A stretch of 64,000 nucleotides of DNA from Paramecium tetraurelia (Eukaryota): positions 62,001-126,000 of the forward strand of contig CT868039.1 of the NCBI GenBank assembly GCA_000165425.1, written 5' to 3'. Numbering within the stretch: the first letter of the stretch is position 1; each line of letters starts with the position of its first letter. The notes beneath the pieces were generated by a model. It made no database searches, was not told the origin of the DNA, and saw only the letters and a list, made by a program, of their open reading frames with translations. The position numbers and the translations under genes were made by a program. Below, in pieces: positions 41,794 through 53,608 of this stretch.

Positions 41794-44335
41794 ATGGTAA
41801 GTTCAAAGATCAAAATATCGTTGGTGATTAAAACACTCATCATATGGTATAAAATTCTAATACATTTTGATTCTCTTCTTATTTTTGTCTATAATAATAT
41901 TACTAATTATTTTAATTATTAGATGACCCAGAAAACAAAATAGTTTGGAATAATGTTTGGGATTATTGTCATATTGGATATAATCAATTGTACTTTGATT
42001 AAAGAAATGCCGATTATAATTTGCAATTCTTTGATTTTGTTGTTTTGCATAAGTAAATTTGTCCATTTATGTAAAAAGCTCATTATATTATGAAAATTAA
42101 GTACAATAAATATGAAGAGCTCTTATTGTTTTCTTTGTTCTTTCATAATGCAGTATAGATATACTATTATGGAATGAAGTCATTGTGGTTTTTAATTTAT
42201 CTTTTACAAATATTCAAATATGAAAAACATAATAAACTACTTAAATATTGTAAATTTATTTAATTAGCTATCAGCATAATTATATATTCTATTTAATATG
42301 ATGGTTGGTTGGATTATGCTTATTTTTAGCAACTCAATAATTTTATTGCTATTTTTATTTATCAAATTTTCAATTAACATAAATAAGATTCAAAAATAGA
42401 GGTAACAGAAAATTTCATTATTTAAGAAATGAAGAAATTAATAATTTTTAAAATATTTGATCAACAATTTAATGAGCTTTCTAAGACTACCTCCAATAAT
42501 TATGTTCTCGCGACTTCTACTCTACAGGATGAAAATCAAACCTTCCAAATTAAGGCTTATCAAGATAAAGAATTAGCCTATACTCCTTAGCATTAATGTG
42601 ATTGGAAACCCAACTTAATATTTAATGACTATTAAAGTTTTATTGAACATATTCACAATCTAGAAAATTTAGATTCTTAAATGTGTTATCATTATGTTGC
42701 TATATAAACTGATTTAGTGAAGAAAATGAAAACAAAGTATAAAGTATTATATAAACAACTTGGGAAATAAGACATTATTATAATCGCACTAGTTAGAATT
42801 GATAATTTTACAGAGAAGCAAATGATTTTTAAGTTCAAAAAGTTTAAAAAATACTTCTACGATATTTTTGCTCACAAATTAAAAACGCCTTTAAATGCTT
42901 CGTTAGGCTTTCTATCATCTGCTTACAATTACACTGAAATGGACAATACCATCAAATAAAATTATATTAAACCAGCATACATAAACTCTAAATTGTAATA
43001 CTTCTAAATTTCAGATCTTTTGGAATTCCTAAATCCTTAATGTGATTAAACCAGATTGTAATATTGTAAAATTAACATGAAATCATTCTTGTACACACTT
43101 AATGAATTAATTGAATCCTAATGTTAAAACAAGAAAATTCCATTCTAGATTTATGTAGAGAGAGTTCCTTTAAATAGTATCGAGAAGTAAATTCTTAAAA
43201 TTATTAATTTTATAGATTTTACATTTCAACTGATCTACTGAAATTAGAGAGAATTCTATATAACTTGTTGAATCTAACTTATAGATACACTCCATAAAAT
43301 GGCTAAATTAATTTACATATATTCTTCGACTAAGCGAATTCTTAGATTATATTTATTATAAATGGTAGTGGGAAATTATTTAATGATGAGGAATTATTAA
43401 AAATAAATTAATGGATTAAATCTCAAACTGAATTTTAATATAAAAAAAAGTAGATTCCACTTAAAAAGGAGATTAAATTATCCTTAGAAATAACTAATCA
43501 TTTGATTAATACTTTAAGTGACTATGAATAACATCTCGAAATTTCCTCTTCTTATATAGGTACTGAATTCAAATTCAGATTAATTCTGAAAGATAATAAA
43601 ACAACAGAAGGATCATAGGAATAGTTCACAATTGGGTTTATGTTAAAGCAAAAGAGTAACAAAAGTTTTAAAACAGGTACTACTAAATAAAAATCTCATA
43701 AATCGATGATCATTGAACTTGCATCAACATCTCCTCTGAATTCTTACAGAAGCATCAATGAACCATAAGCAAACACTCCGATTGCTACTCCAATTAATTA
43801 GACTAAAGTAAACAAAAGTTCTGCTACTTTAAAAAGAATAAGATCATCTTTTACTAATAGAGGGGTGATTGATTTTGATAAGAAAATCTTGATTGTGGAC
43901 GACGAACCATTTAATCATGATATTTTGATTCTTATGATGAGGAATATGGGGTATAATCAATTCTTAAAAGCATTTAATGGACAATAAGCTATTGATTTGG
44001 TTAAAGAGAGAGAGGAGGATATATCAATTATAATAATGGATTTAGATATGCCTATAATGGGAGGAATTGAAGTATTTATTATTCAGATTATAAAGGCTAC
44101 AAAAGTCTTAGTAGATATGATGTTTGAATAAAGCCTTGTATATATACCAATAATAGGTTGCACTGCTCACGATGATAAGGAAACAATTGATAAATGCATA
44201 TAAGTTGGGATGCTCTATGTAGTTGTAAAGCCAGTATTTGTGAAAAGCCTTATAGATGCTTTCAAAAAAATAACCAACACTGATGATACTAGAAAACGAT
44301 CATTTTTGTGTGTCACTTCTTAATTACAAATTTGA
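41794..44335 (+). CDS. Membrane-bound hybrid histidine kinase / response regulator (start approximate)
   Basis: N-terminal TM helices, H-box FAHKLKTPLN (~42870), a degenerate HATPase and a receiver domain ILIVDDEPFN...IIMDLDMPIMGG...PIIGCTA...KP. Confidence 0.85.
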
Positions 44336-44539
44336 TTTAAATATTATTATTATTTACAATACTAAAATGCTAAAGGAGATAGAACATAATGTGATACTCA
44401 TATTTCTATTACAGTTAGTTTCAATTCCATTTTCAATTATTGAACAGAATATTATTTGTTAATTTTGAATTTGAATGAAGTTTCGTTGATTATAGGTATA
44501 GACTTAATTTATGTTATGTAAATGTAATCACTATAAAAT

Positions 44540-45620
44540 TAGACTTTCTTAAAAATCATTCAAAATGATCTAATGTTGTTTCTTTTAGTGGGATCCTTAA
44601 CAATCTTTGGATACACAGAATATTGGATGCACATCTACAACTGAAATTTAAAAAAACATAATTTTCATTCAATTTGCAGTTATCTCTGTTCAAATTACTA
44701 GAAATAAGATTTAAGATTATATCTTAAGATATCATAAGATGGACGGTTTGTTGTACTTTAAATTAATTGGATCAAATAAACGATTTAGGCAACATTTATC
44801 TTACATTTTCTCTCACAAACTCAAAACTCTATTAAATTAAGCATTGGCAAAGATTACATCAATGCTTACTGATACGAATATGCTTCCATATCATAAGTTG
44901 ATGCCCTCGTAGATCTACATTTGTCAAAAAGTCAATTGTAAAGCATTTTGGATTTTTTTTGGATTATGTTAATTCAGATTCAATAATTTTCCAAACTTCT
45001 CGAGTTGCATTAAATTATTTATAATGTGAAGGATATGATTAGAGAATAGTGCAAAGCAAAATCAATTGAATTGAATATTATTGTAGAAAAAGCGCAATTC
45101 AAAGAATATAAAGGGTACGTATGCATCATTTTTAATGTGAATTCATTTCTTAAATAGTTTAGTTTTAAGGAGAGTGGAGCAGACTCAAATCAAGACTAAA
45201 TAGTGGAGAATGATTAATTTATTATGATAGTTGATGATGACCCATTCAATCATGATAAATTGGTTATGATTTTTATGAGAATTGGATATATATAGTTTCA
45301 TTAATGCTTATGATAGTAGAGAATGTATGAACAAGAATTAAAAACCCATTCAAAATAAAGTTGATTTCCTGGATTTTAATATGCCCAATTTGAATGGATT
45401 TAGGTAAAGATAAATATCAATTCAGAGCCGCAAATGTACTCAATGAACTAATGAACACTAAATGAATTAAAATATTCCCATAATAGCACGCACTGCTCAT
45501 GATGATTTTGAGACTGAGACAAAATGCAAAGCTAAGAGAATGTGAATATCATCATTAAACCAGTATTTATAAAATAACTCTAAACTGTAAATTAAAATTC
45601 CTAAGACTTTTTGACTATTC
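44540..45620 (+). pseudogene. Remnant of a second hybrid histidine kinase
   Basis: FSHKLKTLLN (~44810) and receiver pieces IVDDDPFNHD, FLDFNMPNLNG, PIIARTAHDD and IKPVFIK are spread over different frames. Much shorter than the upstream paralogue. Confidence 0.75.
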
Positions 45621-45680
45621 TCATAATAATACAAAATAGAATTTTTATTTATAAATAATATACTTCCAAGCATTCAAATA

Positions 45681-46811
45681 TCATTTACATTTAACATATA
45701 TTGGACTGCTTGTTGGTTATTTGATACCTACTACAAAATGTTTTAATTATATTGAATTGCACAATTCTTCATCAATTTCGGACCCTTCGGATGTACCATC
45801 TTCGAAACTAATCTTTCTGCTTGAATTAACTCCTTTAGATGGAGAACGAACACTCCTCCTTTAAGTTAAAATTGATCTTAACTTTATTATTGGTTTAGAA
45901 GAATAATTATGAGAAATCACACGACTGCTTTTTTCCGCTTGTTAAAAGAGAGAGATCATATAATCATAATCAGGATCTTCTTCAAATTGCAAGTCCTTAA
46001 CATAATCCATAAATATTGACAATTAAATTGGTAATCCAAACAAAGTGTCTAATTTTAAAGACTTTTTCATTTTCTTTATCTTAGAATATCTAATTTCTTT
46101 GTCTTGATTATAAATATTCGACCAAGGCAAATCGCCTTAATGTAAATAGATGAGCATATAGCCTAAAGATTCGAGATCATCCCTTCTTGATTACTCAATA
46201 CCTTTCAAGGCATTAATAGATGCATATCGAGCAGTGCCAATCATTCCCTTATTTTCTCTGTAATTTATATGACTCCCATTAATTATATATTTCTTTGATA
46301 ACCCAAAATCAATTAAATTTACTCTCCCTTGGTGCATCACAAAGTTCTCTGGCTTAATATCTCTATGAATTACTCCTTCCGAATGGAGCTCTTTCAAAAG
46401 CTACAATATTTCTAATCCAATTGGTAAGATCTTATTGAAATTGCCTTTGCTTTAACGAATTTATTCTAAGTTTTCTCCCATCAAATTCATTACAAAATAC
46501 GTATTATTTAAATCCGAACCTGATGCAAATAATTACGTAAAACCTAGAATAATAATATTGCTAAACCATACCTTTCTTGCCTTTTAGCTAATATAAAATC
46601 TATATTTCCCTAAGTAACAACTTTTTTTCCTTTCTCATCTAATTTTTGACAAGTTTACAGGCATATATCTATCCACTCGAAATATGTCTGACTTTCCAAA
46701 TGTAACCAAAAGCCCTATTTTAGTTTATAATTATTACCCTTAACCTAATTTATCGAGAAATTGGTAGGAAGAAGAAGCTGGCTCCTTAAATGATTTTTGA
46801 ATGGAAATCAT
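45681..46811 (-). CDS. Casein kinase 1 family kinase
   Basis: [47 protein letters not shown] and [11 protein letters not shown]. Confidence 0.93.
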
Positions 46812-47056
46812 TTATTTGATATCTATTATTTTAAAAACTATTATAAATTAAATTTTCTTCACTATTATATATGATGATTATTATTATATTAAGACTTTGA
46901 ATAATCTTCCAAAATCCTTTTATGGCAATAGCATTCAAAGTTAGTTCCTTGCTTATAATTATGAAACAAATGAGAAGCCAAGAAATTGCAAACGTGAAGC
47001 CATGATTTCTAGAAGAACAAAAGAATAAACAACTAAAATCGTATTGATAATATGTA

Positions 47057-47230
47057 TCAAAGGGAAAATTTGATTTTGTTCTCTTCTTATCCATCTTCCG
47101 AAAAAAATAATTGTCTCTTTATTGTATTTAATTCTGAATCATTAAAGTTATAGGAGCAATTCCTCTTTTTCTTTGGTGCTTATGGCAATATTAGCTATTT
47201 CTGCTTTTTCTCTGGAGTTCTTTAATTCAT
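47057..47230 (-). CDS. 57-aa microprotein with TP / PxAPKK / RxLF motifs (CDK-inhibitor-like)
   Basis: MNQRTPEKKQKQLILPQAPKKKRNCSYNFNDSELNTIKRQLFFSEDGQEENKIKFSL, ATG to TGA in frame under code 6. Confidence 0.6.
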
Positions 47231-48009
47231 GATAAAAATTAATAAATATAATGAATTTATAATTTTTGCATATCCATAATTTTGATTTGCTTAGAGTAAA
47301 ATCTTGCTCCTAATTTTGAACATCTGCTATTTAGAATTATCTAATATTTTTGGATAAATTGATATCTAAAGCCATAATCTTGAAATTATAGGCAATAATG
47401 TTAAATTCTCAAGTTAGCTAACTGGCTAGTAAATATAAAACAATTATTAATAAAAAACTTTATTATTAAAACAATAAGATTCATGAAAAATCCCTGATTC
47501 CCATTTTCCATTTGAATTTTATAATATCATTTTTAATCCACATTAAGTATTATACCTCCTATATATGCTGATTCATGATTACTGCTTGAGCCTATCTTGT
47601 ATTAAAACCATAAATATTAGTTCAATAGGAACTCTCCCTTTGACCGTATTGTTGTAAATTGTTTTTAGTTTTAAAATAAGGATATGTGATTCCGATTCAA
47701 TTAAGAAGTCTAAATATCAGAGAAAATGATATTTGATATCTGATATTTATCCCTTTTATTTTTTAGAGAACAATATTAAGGATTTTTAAGTTACATAGAG
47801 CAAGTAAGTAATTTGAATCTATTTAATTCTTTATATATGATTCTAGATATTCTACAATTCAGATTTAAACAAATGAGCAATTTAAACTAGAAGATCGTAA
47901 AGAAAATGACCATTTATATGTCTGCAAACTAATTGACATTAGATTACAATTATGAAATACAGATTTTATAGAATATATGAATTAAAAAACTTTATTAATT
48001 TTGGATTAA

Positions 48010-48724
48010 TCAATTATCAAATAAATCCTAATGATCGGGATTGTCGTTAATTACTTTTTAGATAGATATAAATATATACCTTCTTTTTTCTCGCTTGCTT
48101 AGTGTTAAATTTAATCTTCAAAATCAATTTAATCATTATCTAATGGTTATTTTACAGCTGATTCAATAACCTATTATGGTAATGGTTCTTATTCGATGGT
48201 TTGAGGTACTGCTACTACTTCTTATTTTGGTTGAGGCTACATACTTATATATTCCATACCTCTGGTGGGATTAATTCTTAGGCAACATGGTATTGGCCTG
48301 ATCTTTCGTAAATAATTCCACTTTCTTCTGCTTAAGCCAAAAAATTGTGAACAGTTTATTCTTCAACAGCATTTGTGTAGAATAAACTGAGGTTGTTGGT
48401 AATTTCTTTGAGAGCTGCAGATGCTCCAAATGAGGCTATCACATTAATGACATTTTGTTGCAATTGATCAGGGAATTAGGAACTGGGTGCTTCAGGGTAA
48501 TAGAGTTTATCTAGACTAGAATAATGAAGTACTGAATCTGTCTTTTGTGGCCTTTGGTTTTTTATCTTATGCTTGCTTTTTTCCTTTTTTAACAGGAGAT
48601 TGAGGAGGGGATGCAGGTTAATCAGCTGGTTCATCATTAGTTATTCTTCAGCCTTTTTAATTTTCTTATCAACAACTTCTACTTATTTTGCTTGTTCTTA
48701 TTTGGTTTACTTTCCCTTTGCCAT
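48010..48724 (-). CDS. Lys-rich protein with putative winged-helix domain
   Basis: Basic N-terminus, a central three-helix plus hairpin-like segment (LQQNVINVIASFG...VHNFLAQAEESGIIYERSGQYHV) and an acidic tail. Tiny introns and an apparent 1-nt frame anomaly near 48640. Confidence 0.65.
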
Positions 48725-48829
48725 GAAACTTTTCTTGATGATATAATTTAAATATAAACTAAAAGCGGCAAATATTTGTATAGATTATAATCTTATTTAT
48801 TATTGAATTGGCCAATAATATTGTAGATA

Positions 48830-49663
48830 ATGTGTGATAAGAAAAATAATAACACACCCTCAAATAACGGTCAAACAGATGATCCCAATTATGCTTTGCA
48901 AATGTAGATTATAGCATTTTAAGATTGAACCATCAATAATTTAAAAAATATTCTTATTGAAAAGGATTCTGAACTTTAAGTATGATCCACATTCTAATAG
49001 AAAAAAAATCAAGAAAATGCTTAATTGAGATAGTAGATCCAAATGTTGGAAAAGCAATATTCTCAATAACAAATATCATAATAATAAGAAAATTCAAATA
49101 TTTCAAATTTATAATCTCAGCATCAGAAAGTCTAAGATGAACTCAAGATATTAAAAGTGATTTTCAATTAGAATTCGAATCCAGATTTGGTTTTGGAATC
49201 ACTTTAAATTAAGTAATCATAAATTTGATATATATCTATATAGAGAACAGTTGGTAGTCATTTAACAATAAAAAATAAATTTGAAATAAAACTAAAAGTA
49301 AGATTAATGCAAATACAACATATTAGGAGGCATAAACTAGACTGATTTAATCTCAAGAAGTTATTTAAGAACTCTAAAGAGAAAACGATCAATAAAAGTC
49401 TTTTTCAATGCCTTCCTTCTCTAATTCTCCCCCTTTTCAATAGGCCTCAATTAGTTAGTAAAATTCTTATAATAGCCATATCTAATAACTAAGTTTGATT
49501 AATTGTATCATTAAGTTAAAACAGAGAAGTGAATTAAAGAAATTTAAGAAATATGCAATTAAAAAATGAATTAATATAGATTCCTACTCAAAGTAGAACA
49601 TAGCCTTAGTAAAGAAGAATCCAAATAATAGAGGATGAATTGAATTACTAAGAATACTTTTGA
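48830..49663 (+). CDS. Hypothetical coiled-coil protein (5' structure unresolved)
   Basis: Q/E/K heptad-rich frame ending EDELNYQEYF-TGA. I could not fully reconcile the first exons. Confidence 0.45.
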
Positions 49664-49747
49664 GATCGTAGGGACTAATTCATATTTGAATATATTGTTA
49701 TATATATGTATTAATCAGAATATTTAGTTTTTATTTTATTAAATAAA

Positions 49748-50511
49748 ATGAGCAATGATTATAATTACATGTTTAAGTACATAGTTGTAGGCGATACAAG
49801 TAAAGAAATGAATAAACCTATTAAAGATGTTGGAAAATCGTGTTTATTGTTGCAATTTACAGAAAACAAATTTTGTGATCATACTGAGAGTACAGTGGGA
49901 GTGGAGTTCGGCTATAAAACCATAAAGATAAATGATTAATAGATAAAGCTGCAGATTTGGGATACAGTATTATATATTGAAGAGAATTGATAGGCAGGAC
50001 AAGATTCATTCAAATCGATCACAAGATCATATTACAGAGGGGCCATTGGAGGATTACTTGTATTTGATTTCAGTAGAAGATCAACGTTTGAAGACATTAA
50101 AAAGTGGTTAAAAGAAATAAAGACATTTTCTTGTGATAAGATTGAATTAGTACTTGTTGGCAACAAATCAGATATTCCTAAAAAGGATGTGACAATTGAG
50201 GAAGTCGAAGAATATGCATAATAAGAGAAGTTAGATTTTTATGAAACTTCAGCCAAAACAGGGAAGAATGTAGATGTTGTCTTCGAGAGTGTAGCTAATA
50301 AAATTTTAAGAAAAATCGAAACAAAATAAATTAATTTAGATGATTAGGTACATTTATTCCATAAAAATAGATGTTAGGAATTAAGGTTAATTTCAATGGA
50401 AAAATGAGAAAAAAAAGTAAATCTCAAAGTAATCAATCTCCATATTACAATATAACACTAAATGGCAAATAAAGTGATTAAGAGAAAAATGAAAAGAAAA
50501 GTTGTTGTTGA
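49748..50511 (+). CDS. Rab GTPase (Rab2-like)
   Basis: YMFKYIVVGDT.VGKSCLLLQF, TVGVEFG, KLQIWDTAGQ, SITRSYYRGA, LVGNKSD, ETSAK and a C-terminal CC. Three introns. Confidence 0.93.
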
Positions 50512-50699
50512 CTTTTTCTTAATTTTGTGATTTTTTTGATATTTATTTTGTATTATATACAATGTGAGAATATTAATTATGTAAAACTATCGATGATTTG
50601 AAATAATAGCAATTCGATTGATCTCATACAATTAAAGACTTCTGATTATTTATATATTTTCTTAATTCTTATTCCATAATATAATTGATAACCTAAGTA

Positions 50700-51262
50700 A
50701 ATTCTTTGGATTTGATTTTTATAATGAAGGAATTCAACTAAACCAATCTAACTACTCTATTTATCGAATATTGTGTAATATTTTCTCATTAATGGACTGC
50801 TTAAAATCATTAACTGGTCATTGTGAGATCGAATATTAGAGATCAGGATGTAACTAATAGGTTCATTATATTATTGGTGTGAATATAAAATTGAGGTTCC
50901 AAAGGGAATTCCTGATTATCCAGAATAATTTTGATTGATGGAAATTCAGAAATTTCATTTGTTGGACAAGAGCATTGATGATATCTGTCCAACCAGAGTT
51001 TTAAACACATTCTGTAAATCAATTAAGATAGTTTTAGGAAAGATTAAGAGAGAACTTCCAGAATCAATCATTGCATAATTATCAACTCTAAAAACTCCAT
51101 TCATGTCTATTAATTATGATGGGATGATCAATTGTTCATAAAAAATTGACAAATCTTATCTCTTTATTGAATAAACCCTCATCATAACCTCCAAATGTGA
51201 TTTGATGATTATCGAATAGAGTTTTCAAAATTATACACTTAATGTAGTTTATTAATTGATTC
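50700..51262 (-). pseudogene. Pepsin-family (A1) aspartic protease, C-terminal half
   Basis: QITFGGYDE, AMIDSGSSLLIFP and MILSSPLMRKYYTIFDKQSSQIGL, with frameshifts/TGA between the blocks. Confidence 0.8.
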
Positions 51263-51296
51263 AGAAATGATACAATTTAATGTAAATTAATGAAAA

Positions 51297-51476
51297 TCAT
51301 ACATAATTTAGTATAATGAAAACTGATTGGTTTTAATTTATCCTCTATTCGTTTATGGTAAGAATGGTTTCTCTAAGGGTTTGTTGAACTTCAGCAGTGT
51401 TGGTCAAAGCTGGATTAAAATTATTCTTGGAGCTGCTCTTGCTTTCACACTTTTTGGATGAACTACAAACTCCCAT
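51297..51476 (-). CDS. 59-aa microprotein with MGxC acylation start
   Basis: MGVCSSSKKCESKSSSKNNFNPALTNTAEVQQTLRETILTINEQRINQNQSVFIILNYV-TGA. Confidence 0.5.
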
Positions 51477-53608
51477 TAAAGTAATTAAACAATATTAATT
51501 TAATTCAAAACAGTATATTTGAATTTATTTTTATACATATATATATCTCCTAAACAAAATATTTATTGAGTGGCTATGTAAAAAATATATTCAATTCTGA
51601 TTGAGTGTATAATTCTTAACTTTTAAATGAAATGATCAATTATTTGTATAATATTTGTTTACACATAAGGATATCCTTAGATAAGAAATAATATTATAAA
51701 TATCATTTTAAATTTTTATTTATTTGATGTCAAAAGTATTTCTATAATTTTTTACTATTACATTAATATAAATATTAGATTAATATTCAACAAATATAAT
51801 AAAAATTACAAATTATGTAATAATTAATAAATAAATAGTATGATCCTAATTTATATTATTCTACTAAATAAATATATAATTTATATCTTAGTTAAACGAA
51901 CCATTCCATAATATTTATTTTTGAATATTACCTTAGTCCCTAATTTTAGCTAAAATTTATTCATTGATCTTTTCTGAATTTTATTGGTATTTGTCATTTA
52001 ATAAATCTTTCATAATTTACTCTTATCATTCATAAATTCTTAATAAAGATTAAATTTGTAAATAAAGTATTTATTAATAGTTATTTGATTATTAAGTTCT
52101 TATCACTTGCTGTTCTATTTATCATAATTAAAATATTCATTGTATCTTTAAATATGTCTCATTTGTAGTTCAGAAAATTATTGTTATTTTTTGAATTATG
52201 GGAAATTTATTTTAAATAAAAATAAATTTATTACATGAATTAAAATAATTCAATGAATAATAATATTTACAGAGATGATTTAAACTAAAATTTATTCATA
52301 AGTTGTTATAGGGAGTTTACCAATATTGTATGATTTCTATTCATATGAACTGGAGATTATATTTGTGATAATTTTGAATATTCCAAATAAATGTATTGTA
52401 TTTTTTCAAAATCACTAATTTTGAGGCTTGAAATTTAAATTAGAAAGGGATGACTAATTCCTTATTAATCAGAAATATCGAAAATAGTCATCAATTCTAT
52501 GATTTACGATAAATTAGAAATAAATATTTCTATTATAAAGAAAATTATTTTTAATAATGCCTATGTTTCAATCAATTGTTTTACCTAAAGATAAAATTCA
52601 TTTACCTTAAAAAGAAAATCAAATCCTCTGTTTGATAATTTTGAAATTTATGAAATTTATGTTATGGAAACATTATGATATAAGCCTTTTTCTTTAAATA
52701 GTAAATATATATTAAAAATAAGTTTTTCAAAAAATGTTCTTAAATATTATAGACAAAACAGATGCTTCCAAAACCTTAAGAAAACTTTTTCCTAATAAAA
52801 TTTTTATAACTTTTTAAATTCTAACTTCTTTAAAACAGTTTTGGTTCATGATTATTTATTTTCGTACTTATACTGCTTTTTATTTTGAAATGCATCGATT
52901 TTATTATTCTAAGTCCTTATGTTGTCACAAGCAATCTTAAGATAGTCCCAATAGTCTTATTGAAGATAAATCAAATTTTCTATCTGAAATGCACTTTATT
53001 CAAGAACAAACGTTATTTTGATTATTGTATTAACCAAGCCTCTCGCTTCCTTTTATTATTGTTTTTTTTTGGTCGATCTTGGGAACAAAAAACAATAATT
53101 TGAAAAGCCTGCAAATTCTTTTCTCTTTTTATTCATTTTGGAAGTATAAAAGATAAAATTAAATAAAATTTGTCTTATTCTATTCCACGCTTAAAAATTG
53201 AGTTTTTTGGCGATTATCCTTTCATAAATAATTTAGATGATGTTTAGATATTAGATGAAAAATTGATCTTTTTCTCTTTAATTAATAAATTATAAAAAAT
53301 AATTTTACATTAAGATATCAGCTCTAATATTCCAAAACGAAATCATCTAATGATACAAACTACACTGCAATTTCTCTCAAACACTTTCTTCAGCCTCTTT
53401 TTCTAAGAGAAAGATTTTTGCCTTAACTTTTTTCTAACTCTAATAGTTTAATTAAATCACCTTTTAATATAACGATAGAATTTGAAATCATTTCTTTATT
53501 TATCCTGATTAAAAATAAAAAATCTGATCAATAGGGCATCATGTGATTTCCTCAAAATATCTTTTTTTAGACCTATCAAATCTATCATTATTATTTAGAT
53601 ATTAATTT

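Noticed and set aside
46831..47094. 87-aa hydrophobic ORF in the track
   Set aside because: Out of frame with the motif-bearing 57-aa ORF and runs into AT-rich intergenic DNA upstream of CK1; probably spurious.
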